Part shown: positions 1 through 8,995 of the stretch, piece by piece | Position numbering within the stretch: the stretch's first letter is position 1 | Layout: each line of letters begins with the position of its first letter | Assembly: GCA_006226415.1 (NCBI GenBank) | Contig: SBGZ01000088.1 | Location: forward strand, 2,874 to 66,873 | DNA: 64,000 nucleotides | Origin: Alphaproteobacteria bacterium | GTDB lineage: Bacteria; Pseudomonadota; Alphaproteobacteria; M2410 | Direction of reading: 5' to 3' | The notes under the pieces: generated by a model | Told to the model about the DNA's origin: nothing | The model's input: the letters and a program-made list of their open reading frames with translations, nothing else | Database searches by the model: none | Position numbers and translations under genes: made by a program

Positions 1-642
1 CAGGTCCAGGGATATCTGGCCCTGCTATTCGCCGCCATCATGAGCGTCACCGCCTGGCTGGTCTTCATGAAGGAGTTTTCCACTGACTTTGCCCTGCGCA
101 AGGCTGCCTTTACAGTCACCTCGATTATGACGGGCACGGGCTACACCTCGGGTGATTTCTCCCTCTGGGGCACTTTCCCAATCGGCCTCTTATTCTTCCT
201 GATGTTTGTCGGCGGCTGCGCCGGTTCCACCGCCTGCGGCATGAAAGTCTTCCGTTTCCAGATCCTCTTCTCCGCCAGTCACACCATCTTGCGCCGCATG
301 ATTTACCCAAGCGGCGTCTTTGTCCCGCATTACAATAAAAAGGCCATCAGCGAAGACATCGTTTCCTCGGTGATGGGTTTCGTCTTCCTCTTTGCCATCA
401 CCTACAGTTTGCTGGCCATTGCCCTGATGGGAGCCGGTCTTGACATGGTCACGGCACTGTCCTCGGCCGCTACCGCCATTTCAAACGTCGGCCCGGGAAT
501 GGGCCCGATTGTGGGCCCTGCGGGCACTTTCCACGACATCAACAGTCCCGCCAAATGGCTGCTCTCTGCGGGCATGCTCATCGGCCGACTGGAAGTCTAT
601 TCCGTTTATGTGATCTTCCTGCCGATCTTTTGGCGACGCTAA
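1..642 (+). CDS. trkH: Trk-type K+ uptake protein TrkH, C-terminal part (5' end lies outside the window)
   Basis: The frame is open from base 1. The product is a polytopic membrane sequence ending in GPGMGPIVGPAGTF...GMLIGRLEVYSVYVIFLPIFWRR, typical of a TrkH C-terminus. Confidence 0.8.
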   Translation, partial: QVQGYLALLFAAIMSVTAWLVFMKEFSTDFALRKAAFTVTSIMTGTGYTSGDFSLWGTFPIGLLFFLMFVGGCAGSTACGMKVFRFQILFSASHTILRRMIYPSGVFVPHYNKKAISEDIVSSVMGFVFLFAITYSLLAIALMGAGLDMVTALSSAATAISNVGPGMGPIVGPAGTFHDINSPAKWLLSAGMLIGRLEVYSVYVIFLPIFWRR

Positions 643-658
643 AAGGCGGGCAAAGATT

Positions 659-1381
659 TTACCCCCTGGGGTGAAGTTCCACCACATCGCCTGATTGCTG
701 AGGCATCGGCGCGCGCGGCGCGTCGACGTAGATACTTGGTCGCAGCCAGGCACTAATATTCCTGGTCAGGGCAACCTCCCCCTGAACATCCAGATCCCCT
801 GCCTTCATGGCATCGCGATAAGTTCTGTCGCCCATCCACACATCCGACAAGGTGCGGACCGTAGAGGAAAAATAAACGTCAATATCCCGCCCGGGGTCTT
901 TCAAGCACAATTCAACCCGGTCACCTTCCACCATCAACCAGTAATCAGACTGCTCCTTCAGGTCCGTGAAATGGAATTTGACGACCGTAGTATCCCCGAT
1001 CAATTTTGTCGGATCGATACTCCGTTCCAAGTAAAGCATCAGAAAATCCACATCGAAGTCGTCGTCCAGGATCGTATGGCGAGCGTGGCAAAGCCCCCAT
1101 TCACCCAGCGCAATAATCACTGGCTGAAGCTTTTCGCAGGCTTCGGTAGGATAATACTCATACCCTCTTTGTCCGGATATCTTCCGCTTCACCAACAGAC
1201 CATGTTCCTCCAGGGATTTCAGCCGGCTCGTCAGTAAGGCAGGAGAGATATCCCCCAGCCCCCGCTGGATGACATTGAAGCGCCTCCCGCCCATCAAAAT
1301 CTCACGAAGCAGCAGAATGGTCCATTTTTCACCCAGGATTTCCGTCGCTTTCGCGATCGGGCAAAACTGATGATATTGCAT
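659..1381 (-). CDS. HxlR-family winged-helix transcriptional regulator with a C-terminal SCP2-like domain
   Basis: The N-terminus CPIAKATEILGEKWTILLLREIL...RFNVIQRGLGDISPALLTSRLKSLEEHGLV is the HxlR signature. An extra 130 aa or so ends in DVYFSSTVRTLSDVWMGDRTYRDAMKAGDLDVQGEVALTRNISAWL, which resembles SCP2 sterol-carrier folds. Confidence 0.8.
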   Translation of the reverse strand: MQYHQFCPIAKATEILGEKWTILLLREILMGGRRFNVIQRGLGDISPALLTSRLKSLEEHGLLVKRKISGQRGYEYYPTEACEKLQPVIIALGEWGLCHARHTILDDDFDVDFLMLYLERSIDPTKLIGDTTVVKFHFTDLKEQSDYWLMVEGDRVELCLKDPGRDIDVYFSSTVRTLSDVWMGDRTYRDAMKAGDLDVQGEVALTRNISAWLRPSIYVDAPRAPMPQQSGDVVELHPRG

Positions 1382-1426
1382 CGAAATGATCTCCCCTTCT
1401 TGAGATGCGGCGAATTATACAGAATT

Positions 1427-1454
1427 TGTAGTGCGCTACTACAACTTCTGTAGT
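1427..1454. promoter_or_regulatory. Candidate operator: TGTAGT-N5-ACTACA-N5-TGTAGT
   Basis: Three perfect hexamer half-sites in alternating orientation with 5-bp spacers. They sit in the divergent region 46-73 nt upstream of the HxlR-like gene and about 100 nt upstream of the tautomerase gene. Confidence 0.4.
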
Positions 1455-1551
1455 GGTTTGCTTCAGTCCGTGAACTTCAAACCTGGGTCAGGCAGGGGCA
1501 TAACTCCTCCGTCGCCGGATGATCCGGCACATAACACTAAGGAGATAAATC

Positions 1552-1782
1552 ATGCCACTCGTTACCATCGACGTAATCAAAGACGTTTTTACCCCTGAGC
1601 AAAAGCAAGACATTGTCAAAAAAGTCACCGAGACAATGGTTGCAATCGAAGGCGAAGCCCTTCGCCAGGTCACCTGGGTTCGGATTAACGAAGTCGAACA
1701 AGGCGACTGGGCCATTGGCGGCCACTGCCTAACCGCAGCTGATGTCCATGCCATGGCAAATCAGACCGATGAGGCCGCCTGA
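1552..1782 (+). CDS. 4-oxalocrotonate tautomerase family protein
   Basis: The product begins MPLVTIDV (Pro1 after Met removal). At 76 aa it has the size and beta-alpha-beta pattern of the tautomerase superfamily. An RBS AAGGAGA lies upstream. Confidence 0.8.
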   Translation: MPLVTIDVIKDVFTPEQKQDIVKKVTETMVAIEGEALRQVTWVRINEVEQGDWAIGGHCLTAADVHAMANQTDEAA

Positions 1783-1803
1783 ATGAATGAGCGCAATGGC
1801 GCG

Positions 1804-1825
1804 GGACGATGAAAAAACATCGTCC
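1804..1825 (+). promoter_or_regulatory. Intercistronic hairpin GGACGATG-aaaaaa-CATCGTCC
   Basis: Perfect 8-bp stem between the tautomerase and methyltransferase genes, with no U-tract. It may be an RNA stability or processing element. Confidence 0.3.
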
Positions 1826-1876
1826 TCGCCAAGGCTCACACCAATCCCCCCTCATCGCCGCTTAGGAGAAATCAAT

Positions 1877-2626
1877 ATGTCCCGCATTTCCGCAATGATT
1901 TACAGCATCGCGTGCTATTTCCTGGGGGTCGCCACACTGGTCTATTTGATCTGCTTTGTGGGCGATCTCTTTGTTCCCTACTCCATCAACGCCGCCTCGC
2001 CCCTTGCCCCGCAGCTATCCACACCGCTTGCCTTGGTCTGGAACCTGGGCCTGCTTGCCCTATGGGGTTCCCAGCACACGATCATGGCCTCCAACACTTT
2101 CAAGAAGTGGTGGACCCGTTACGTCCCGGCTGTAGTCGAACGGTCGACCTATCTGGTTTTTGTCGCGCTGATGACGGCAATATTAGTCCTCTTCTGGGTG
2201 CCTGTTGAAGGCGTCTTATGGACGACATCGGGAACAATGCTCGGGAGCATCCTCTTGGCAGCCTATGCCTTTGGCTGGGCCATGGTTCTCTTCACAACCT
2301 TCCTCATCAATCATTTCCACCTGTTTGGCCTGCAACAGGCATGGAAAAACATCCGCGCCCTGGACAACAAGGACGTCACTTTCACCACGCCCCTCCTCTA
2401 TAAATTCGTGCGGCACCCAATGATGACCTCTGTGCTCTTCGCCCTTTGGGCCGCACCGGACCTCACCGTTAATCGCCTTTTCTTCAACCTGGTCATGACC
2501 GTCTATGTCGTGATCGGTGTTCATTATGAAGAAAAAACACTGGTCGACGATCTGGGGGATGACTACCGCAATTATCGCAAAACAACCCCTTCCCTGATCC
2601 CGGGTTTGAAAGGCAAGGCCTCCTAG
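1877..2626 (+). CDS. ICMT/PEMT-family integral-membrane methyltransferase, MddA-like (candidate methanethiol S-methyltransferase)
   Basis: ATG at 1877 follows a GGAGA RBS. The product has several TM helices and the motifs WGSQHTIMASNTFKKWWTRYVP..ERSTY, INHFHLFGLQQ and LYKFVRHPMM...YEEKTL..LGDDYRNYRKTTP. The upstream part of the 279-aa track ORF has no family-like sequence. Confidence 0.7.
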   Translation: MSRISAMIYSIACYFLGVATLVYLICFVGDLFVPYSINAASPLAPQLSTPLALVWNLGLLALWGSQHTIMASNTFKKWWTRYVPAVVERSTYLVFVALMTAILVLFWVPVEGVLWTTSGTMLGSILLAAYAFGWAMVLFTTFLINHFHLFGLQQAWKNIRALDNKDVTFTTPLLYKFVRHPMMTSVLFALWAAPDLTVNRLFFNLVMTVYVVIGVHYEEKTLVDDLGDDYRNYRKTTPSLIPGLKGKAS

Positions 2627-2647
2627 GTCACCACTTCCCCCCATGGC

Positions 2648-2687
2648 AAAAAAAGAGCGCTTCAGCCCCGAAGCGCTCTTTCCTTTG
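2648..2687. terminator. Bidirectional intrinsic terminator between convergent genes
   Basis: The stem is AGAGCGCTTC (2654-2663) paired with GAAGCGCTCT (2670-2679). An A-run lies 5' and a T-rich tract lies 3'. Confidence 0.6.
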
Positions 2688-2688
2688 T

Positions 2689-3510
2689 CTAGATCGTCAT
2701 CGACTTTGGAGGCCGGATAACCAGCTCTTCCACATTGACGCTGACCGGCAGGCTCGCCACATAGAGCACCACGTCTGCAACAGCTTGCGGATCCCCGGCG
2801 ATGTTGCCCATTTTCTTTTGAAACTCCTGCAGAACGTTGCTGGAAAACTTGCCTTCATTGTCGGGCTGGACATCTCCCATGCCCACCATCTCCATCATGC
2901 CCTTGACCATTTCAGGCTGAAGGTTGCGCACAAAATTCGTCACAAACACACCTGGCTTGATCGCCGTCACCCGGATTGTGTCATCCTCAAGCTCCTGGCG
3001 CAGCGTACTGTTGATGTTATTGACGGCATATTTGGTCGCACCGTAAACGCCTGAATCCCGGCGCAGGGTCGATGTGCTGGAAATATTGATAATCCGCCCT
3101 TCAGATTTGGTCTCACGCATAACCTCTACCGCGCTCTTGCAGCCTTGCAGAAGGGAAAGAACGTTCACCTCCAGCATCTCCCGCCACTCATCGGGATTGC
3201 CCTCTGTAATGGGCTTGTTGTAGCCGAGCCCCGCGTTGTTGACCATGATATCCAGACGCCCCTTCAGAGCGCCCGCATCGCGAACGAATTTGTTCAGAGC
3301 GTCCAGATCACGAATATCGAACGTTGCAATGGAGGCCTCGCCGCCAGCCTCCTCAATTTCCGCTCTGGTTGCCTCAAGGGCACCGGCAGTCCGCCCGCAC
3401 ATGAAAACATGCGCCCCTGCCCGTCCAAGTGTTTTTGAAATCGCTTGCCCAAATCCACTCGACGCCCCGGTCACCGCGGCCACATAGCCCGATAAGTCCG
3501 CCTGAATCAT
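2689..3510 (-). CDS. SDR-family oxidoreductase
   Basis: Contains TGASSGFG (the TGxxxGxG NAD(P) motif), NNAG and a YGATK (YxxxK) catalytic motif. Confidence 0.85.
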   Translation of the reverse strand: MIQADLSGYVAAVTGASSGFGQAISKTLGRAGAHVFMCGRTAGALEATRAEIEEAGGEASIATFDIRDLDALNKFVRDAGALKGRLDIMVNNAGLGYNKPITEGNPDEWREMLEVNVLSLLQGCKSAVEVMRETKSEGRIINISSTSTLRRDSGVYGATKYAVNNINSTLRQELEDDTIRVTAIKPGVFVTNFVRNLQPEMVKGMMEMVGMGDVQPDNEGKFSSNVLQEFQKKMGNIAGDPQAVADVVLYVASLPVSVNVEELVIRPPKSMTI

Positions 3511-3535
3511 ATTCCCTCTCCTTCGGTTTATTTGT

Positions 3536-4444
3536 TCACATCATTTCTGGTGGCACATCGATCAGGATCGACACCGCTTCCGCGACCGCATAGAGCGTCC
3601 CGTCCAAATCAAAAAGCGCCGCGGTCGTCAGGCCCTTGCGCCCCTCCTGAGAAAGAATACGAGTGACAACCCTGAATTCTTTCTGCCGTCCCGGCACCCT
3701 GAGATAATGCACCGAATGCGTACCGGTAATCCAAATCCTGCCCTCCTCGGCCTGCAGCGCCGCGCCGAGATCGGCATGCTGCGCCATCAGGACCCAAAGA
3801 TTGGGACAATCGGTCACCGCGGCAATGATGCCCGTATCCAGTCGCCCCTGATCATCAAAATGAACGGGCTCAGGTAAAAACTGGGACACAATGTCAGAGC
3901 CAGCCGTACGATACATTTTATGGCGCAGGGCATGAGACTGCTCAGAACACCCGTAACAACCATTTATGCCTCCGCGCGAGGTTTTGTCCTGATAGGCCGA
4001 CGATTGAGAAATCAATGACGGCCCCGCCAGCGGCGCATTGGCGAGCGGCGCCATCTCCTCAAGGTGACCTCGCAGCTCTTCCGGCGCTTCCTGAATAAAG
4101 GTCTCAGGCGCAAAGTCTCCCGCCTGCAAACGAACCGTGCCCGTCATCGCCAGGCCGTCCTCGTCCGCCACGCTTACCTCATGAAGCTCACCTAAAACGA
4201 GCTCGACCCCAAGGTCCTTGTTCAGCGGTATTGGCCGCCGCAAACGCCCACTCACAAAATGGGCCCAATTCTCTCCGCCCTCAGCGGCACGCACCGGACA
4301 AAGAAGCGACCCAACAGCAATACCCCCATGGGCGCGCTGCGGCGGTCCCACATATCGGTCCGGATAACGAATGACATCCCCAAAGACCGCCACGTCCGGG
4401 TTATCTGACGAGCAAAGAAAACAGCTGTGAGAGGGCGTTCCCAT
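3536..4444 (-). CDS. Tandem hotdog-fold (PaaI/4HBT thioesterase-like) protein, function unknown
   Basis: Both halves open with a CxxC element: SCFLCSSDNP, then ...HGGIAVGSL in the first half, and GCYGCSEQSH in the second half. This layout is typical of thioesterase-like hotdog domains. Confidence 0.5.
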   Translation of the reverse strand: MGTPSHSCFLCSSDNPDVAVFGDVIRYPDRYVGPPQRAHGGIAVGSLLCPVRAAEGGENWAHFVSGRLRRPIPLNKDLGVELVLGELHEVSVADEDGLAMTGTVRLQAGDFAPETFIQEAPEELRGHLEEMAPLANAPLAGPSLISQSSAYQDKTSRGGINGCYGCSEQSHALRHKMYRTAGSDIVSQFLPEPVHFDDQGRLDTGIIAAVTDCPNLWVLMAQHADLGAALQAEEGRIWITGTHSVHYLRVPGRQKEFRVVTRILSQEGRKGLTTAALFDLDGTLYAVAEAVSILIDVPPEMM

Positions 4445-4450
4445 GGGCCT

Positions 4451-5428
4451 TTAAAACCACCTTTTCCACTTAAACCAAAAGATCTGAACAATCATCGCAA
4501 CGACAACAATGGCGCAAAGAGAGGCAAACCCCACCGCGCTGTCCGCCCCGGGAATGCCGCCTAGATTGACACCCAAAAGCCCTGTCAGAAAACTCAGCGG
4601 CAGAAAGATCGTCGTAACAATTGCGAGCATATAGAGCCGCTTATTGAGCCGATCTGAAAGAATATTGGCAAACTCATCCTTGATTACCATGGCCCGCTCA
4701 CGAATGGCATCCAGCTCTTCGACAAACCGCTGAAGGTCATCCAGGACCGCCTGAAGGCCAAACCGTTCCTGCGAACGAAACAATGCTGAATCATAGGCCC
4801 TGAGCTGCATCAGCGCATCACGTTGCGGCACGATGTACCGCCGAAAGACAATGGCTCTTTGCCGAGCATGAACAATGCGCTCGCGAACTTCCACACTTGC
4901 CTCAGCCAGCACCTCTTCCTCAAGTGCATCTGTCTCTTCATCCAAATCGCTGATCACGCCTTCCATGCGATCAATAATTGCCCGCACGAGCGCAATAATA
5001 AAACTGCCAACGGTTTTTGGCGCACGCGCGGTCGCAAGTCGTTCCTGAACATCCTCAATCGCCCGTACCCGGCGTCTTTGCACCGTGACAATGCGCATGG
5101 GATCCACCCACATGCGGACAGAGATCATATCCTCAGGATCCTGTCCCTCGTTCAGATTGGCCGCCCGCAACATCAAGATCAGTCCGTCTTCGTACTCTTC
5201 AATTCGAGGCCGCGGCGCCTCAGACAGCAAGGCGTCCTGTATCTCCGGGTCCAAAAACGAAAGGTTCCGCTCAATCCAGATGCGCGTGGCCGGCGAAGCA
5301 TAATCTAAATGGATCCAGGTAAGTTGTCGCGGCGCGAACTCCCCTGAGACCTCAGCAAGGTCGACTTGCTGCCAGCTACCCTCGCCGGTCAGCTCCATAC
5401 AGTGGAAAATATGCGCGGTGTCCTGCAC
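4451..5428 (-). CDS. zntB: CorA-superfamily divalent cation transporter, ZntB-like
   Basis: Two C-terminal TM helices flank LTGLLGVNLGGIPG. This is the GVN variant of the CorA GMN motif, as in ZntB. Confidence 0.7.
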   Translation of the reverse strand: MQDTAHIFHCMELTGEGSWQQVDLAEVSGEFAPRQLTWIHLDYASPATRIWIERNLSFLDPEIQDALLSEAPRPRIEEYEDGLILMLRAANLNEGQDPEDMISVRMWVDPMRIVTVQRRRVRAIEDVQERLATARAPKTVGSFIIALVRAIIDRMEGVISDLDEETDALEEEVLAEASVEVRERIVHARQRAIVFRRYIVPQRDALMQLRAYDSALFRSQERFGLQAVLDDLQRFVEELDAIRERAMVIKDEFANILSDRLNKRLYMLAIVTTIFLPLSFLTGLLGVNLGGIPGADSAVGFASLCAIVVVAMIVQIFWFKWKRWF

Positions 5429-6417
5429 TATCCTGTAACCCCATCACCCGATTTGATGACATGCACATCCCGTTGCGGGAACGGAATAACAATTCCGTTT
5501 TCATCAAATTTACGCGTGATAGCCATCATCACATCGCTCTGAGGTTTAAGCCGGCCGGTTCGGATATCTCCAACCCAAAAATAAAGAATAAAGTCGACCG
5601 AGCTATCGCCAAAACTTCGCATATGCGCCTGAGGTTCAGGATCTCTGATACAGTCCGGATGCTCTCTGGCGGCATCCAGAATGAGTTGGCGCACAAGTTC
5701 ATAGTCCGACCCATAGGCCACACCCACCGATATCTGAATACGGCCCTTAAGATTGCTATAGGTCCAGTTAATTACTCGACTGGTGATAAAATCCTCGTTT
5801 GGGATCATAATCTCCTTGCCGTCGAATGTTTCCAACACAGTACAGCGTGCGCCAATCCGGCGCACAAAGCCAGCCGTGCCATCATCCAGCTCAACCAGGT
5901 CATCCATCTCTACCGATTTTTCAGAGAGAAGGATCAGCCCGCTGATAAAGTTAGAGGCGATCTTCTGCAGGCCAAAACCAACCCCGATACCAACAGCGCC
6001 CCCAATCACCGTTAGCAAGGTCAGGTCGATCCCCAACATATTCAGACCCACCAGGAACAAGAGGACATAAATGCCGATACGCGCAATTTGCCCGATCAAC
6101 GACCGATTGCTTGTCCCCAATTTTGGGAAATATTTCAGCGAAGCCGAAAACCAGTCTGAAAACAGCGAGGCGATCCAAAACAAGGCAAGAAAGACGATCA
6201 GAGTTTGCAACACCGAATAGGGTGAAATGGCAAATCCCTGAATCTGCAGGGTGACACTGGGCGCAGCCAGAATTTCCTTGGCTGGGTCCAGAAGGCCTGT
6301 CTTATCGAGATAGAGCGAGCCGATCAGAACCAAGAGGATCAGTACTCTCGCCAGGGGCCTGACAGGCCGCACTAAAGTCGCAACCAGCTTCACCAGCAGA
6401 TTTTTCAGCCTGTTCAT
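5428..6417 (-). CDS. Mechanosensitive ion channel, MscS family
   Basis: N-terminal TM helices are followed by the MscS beta-domain pattern (IASNFISGLILLSEKSVEMDDLVELDD...GFVRRIGARCTVLETFDGKEIMIPNEDF). Confidence 0.85.
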   Translation of the reverse strand: MNRLKNLLVKLVATLVRPVRPLARVLILLVLIGSLYLDKTGLLDPAKEILAAPSVTLQIQGFAISPYSVLQTLIVFLALFWIASLFSDWFSASLKYFPKLGTSNRSLIGQIARIGIYVLLFLVGLNMLGIDLTLLTVIGGAVGIGVGFGLQKIASNFISGLILLSEKSVEMDDLVELDDGTAGFVRRIGARCTVLETFDGKEIMIPNEDFITSRVINWTYSNLKGRIQISVGVAYGSDYELVRQLILDAAREHPDCIRDPEPQAHMRSFGDSSVDFILYFWVGDIRTGRLKPQSDVMMAITRKFDENGIVIPFPQRDVHVIKSGDGVTG

Positions 6418-6596
6418 CTGGGAGTTCCCTGCTTCTCAATTGCGTTCACGCACGCCCAATGCAACACATCATAGCGACAACTCATTGAGAATAAACTGTT
6501 TTTCAGGCCTGCGAAAGAGAAGAAGAACTCTGGCTAGCCACCCTAAACACCATCCCTTAAGATGCTCAAAAAGCTGATTCCTGGGAGGAAATAAAA

Positions 6597-8891
6597 ATGA
6601 ATAAGACGCTTCTGGCAGAAAAAATCTTCATTCTTCTGCTCCTGATCGCCGCCTTTTGGGGTGTCTTTAAAAGCGACCCCACATCGCCAGAGGCAAGCAC
6701 CTCACCCGCTGCAAGCACTGAGGTTTTGGCCGAGACATCGCAGCAAGCCGCCGAAGAAACGGATCAAGTTGCGACGCAAGCGGATGAAACCGTGGCGCAA
6801 GCAACAGCCGGCGCGGCAGTGGACGGCACGCGTATTGCCAATGCCGACAGCGAACCCGGCAACTGGATGGCCCATGGTCGCACCTATTCAGAGCAGCGTT
6901 ACTCCCCACTCGATCAGATCAACAAAGAAACCGTCGCAGAGCTCGGTTTCCTCTGGGATTATGACGCCGATGCCATTCGCGGCATGGAGGCCACCCCTCT
7001 GGTTGTCGACGGGGTGATGTATTCCAGTGGCCCCTGGTCCAAGGTCTTTGCGCTCGACGCCCGTACAGGCGAGGAGCTGTGGAGTTATGATCCTGAGGTT
7101 CCCGGTCAAAAGGCCCGTGATGCCTGCTGCGATGTCGTCAATCGCGGTGTCGCTGTCTGGAAGGGCAAAGTCTATGTCGGCGCCCTGGATGGCCGCCTGA
7201 TCGCCCTGGATGCACAGACAGGCACGCCCGTCTGGTCGGTCCAGACTTTTGACCCTGCGCAGCCCTATACCATCACGGGCGCTCCGCGCATCGTCAAAGA
7301 CAAGGTTATTATCGGCAACGGCGGCGCAGAATATGGCGTACGCGGTTACATCACCGCCTATGACACGGAAACGGGCGAGCAAGCTTGGCGCTTTTACATC
7401 GTGCCCGGCAATCCTTCCCTGCCCGCTGAATCGCCGGAAATGGAGATCGCGATGAAAACCTGGGACTCCTCAGGCAGCGATGTCAAATATTGGGATGTCG
7501 GCGGCGGCGGCACCGCATGGGACTCCATGGCCTATGACCCAGACCTCAATCTACTCTATGTGGGCACCGGCAATGGCGCGCCCTGGAACCGCCTGATCCG
7601 CAGCTCAGGCGGCGGCGACAATTTGTTTCTGTCGTCCATTGTTGCGATCAATCCCGATACCGGCCGCATGTCCTGGTATTATCAAACCACACCCGGCGAA
7701 AACTGGGATTACACCGCCACCCAACACATGATCCTGGCAGAGATCGAATTCAATGGAGAGCCCCGCAAAGTCATCATGCAGGCGCCCAAGAATGGTTTCT
7801 TTTATGTACTGGACCGCGAAACCGGCGAACTTCTGTCTGCGGAAAAATACGGCAGAGCCAACTGGGCCACTCAGGTCGATATGGAAACCGGCCGTCCTGT
7901 CGAAAATCCGGACCTTGAATATATTCAGGAGCTCAAGGAAATCGCTCCGGCACCAGGTGGCGCGCACAACTGGCACCCCATGGCCTATTCACCGCAAACC
8001 GGTTTGGTCTACATTCCCGCGATTGATGCCACATTCTTCTACAATCACGTCGAAGACTACGTCCACAAGAACGGCGCCTGGAATACCGGCAACGACTTTG
8101 CGGTTCTAACCGATGTCTTCAAATCCGTCGGCGTTGAAACCGGCGCCGATCTGAACTTCACGCCCTCGGCCGGAAAACTGAAGGCCTGGGACCCCGTCGC
8201 AGGCACCCTGCGTTGGGAAATCGATCGTAAGACCGTGATCAATGGTGGTTTGCTGGCCACAGCCGGCGGCCTCATCTTCCAGGGTACCGGTGATGGCTAT
8301 TTCATAGCCGTGGACGCTGAGACCGGTGAAGAGGTCAAACGCATCCAGACCGGGACCGCCATCATCGCGCCGCCGATCACCTACACCATCGACGGCGAGC
8401 AATATATCTCGGTGCTAGCCGGATATGGCGGCGGTGGACACTCCTCAGCCTATGACCCGGCCATTTCCATTCATGAGTTTGGCAATCAGGGGCGCGTTCT
8501 CACCTTCAAGCTTGGCACGGGCCAGGATGTCCCTCTCCCGACATATGAAGCACCGGAGATGATCGAACCGCCGGCCGTCACAGGCTCCCCTGAAGATGTC
8601 GCAAAGGGATCTGACATTTTCCAGCGCAATTGCGCCGTCTGCCACGGTCTCTTTGCCCGAGGGCTTGGTCACGCTTTCATTCCCGACTTGCGCTACTCCG
8701 TCGGCGCCCTGGGGGACAACTATCATGACATCATCATAGATGGGGCCCTGCAGGACAATGGTATGGGGTCCTTCTCTGACATCCTCACCGACGAGGACGT
8801 TGAATTGATCCGCGAGTACATCAAGTTTGAAGCCAATTCCCTTTGGCGCAAACAGCAGCAGGAAGAAGAAGGCGAAGCCCTCTCTCAATAA
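6597..8891 (+). CDS. Quinohemoprotein (type II) PQQ-dependent alcohol dehydrogenase
   Basis: PQQ propeller motifs are present (NWMAHGRTYSEQRYSPL, and the vicinal Cys pair DACCDVVNRG). The C-terminal cytochrome c domain carries CAVCHG. Confidence 0.9.
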   Translation: MNKTLLAEKIFILLLLIAAFWGVFKSDPTSPEASTSPAASTEVLAETSQQAAEETDQVATQADETVAQATAGAAVDGTRIANADSEPGNWMAHGRTYSEQRYSPLDQINKETVAELGFLWDYDADAIRGMEATPLVVDGVMYSSGPWSKVFALDARTGEELWSYDPEVPGQKARDACCDVVNRGVAVWKGKVYVGALDGRLIALDAQTGTPVWSVQTFDPAQPYTITGAPRIVKDKVIIGNGGAEYGVRGYITAYDTETGEQAWRFYIVPGNPSLPAESPEMEIAMKTWDSSGSDVKYWDVGGGGTAWDSMAYDPDLNLLYVGTGNGAPWNRLIRSSGGGDNLFLSSIVAINPDTGRMSWYYQTTPGENWDYTATQHMILAEIEFNGEPRKVIMQAPKNGFFYVLDRETGELLSAEKYGRANWATQVDMETGRPVENPDLEYIQELKEIAPAPGGAHNWHPMAYSPQTGLVYIPAIDATFFYNHVEDYVHKNGAWNTGNDFAVLTDVFKSVGVETGADLNFTPSAGKLKAWDPVAGTLRWEIDRKTVINGGLLATAGGLIFQGTGDGYFIAVDAETGEEVKRIQTGTAIIAPPITYTIDGEQYISVLAGYGGGGHSSAYDPAISIHEFGNQGRVLTFKLGTGQDVPLPTYEAPEMIEPPAVTGSPEDVAKGSDIFQRNCAVCHGLFARGLGHAFIPDLRYSVGALGDNYHDIIIDGALQDNGMGSFSDILTDEDVELIREYIKFEANSLWRKQQQEEEGEALSQ

Positions 8892-8898
8892 CCTGGAA

Positions 8899-8936
8899 TA
8901 AAAAAGGCTCGATGCTCAAACAAGAGCATCGAGCCT
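8899..8936 (-). terminator. Intrinsic terminator downstream of the Sel1-repeat gene; also a strong hairpin after the ADH gene
   Basis: Perfect 12-bp stem: GGCTCGATGCTC (8906-8917) pairs with GAGCATCGAGCC (8924-8935). The U-tract is present only on the minus strand (the A-run at 8899-8905). Confidence 0.6.
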
Positions 8937-8995
8937 CCCCCCTTGGTCCCCCGACCAAACCTGCCGCGCATTTCGCGCAGCCGGAAATTCTATCC

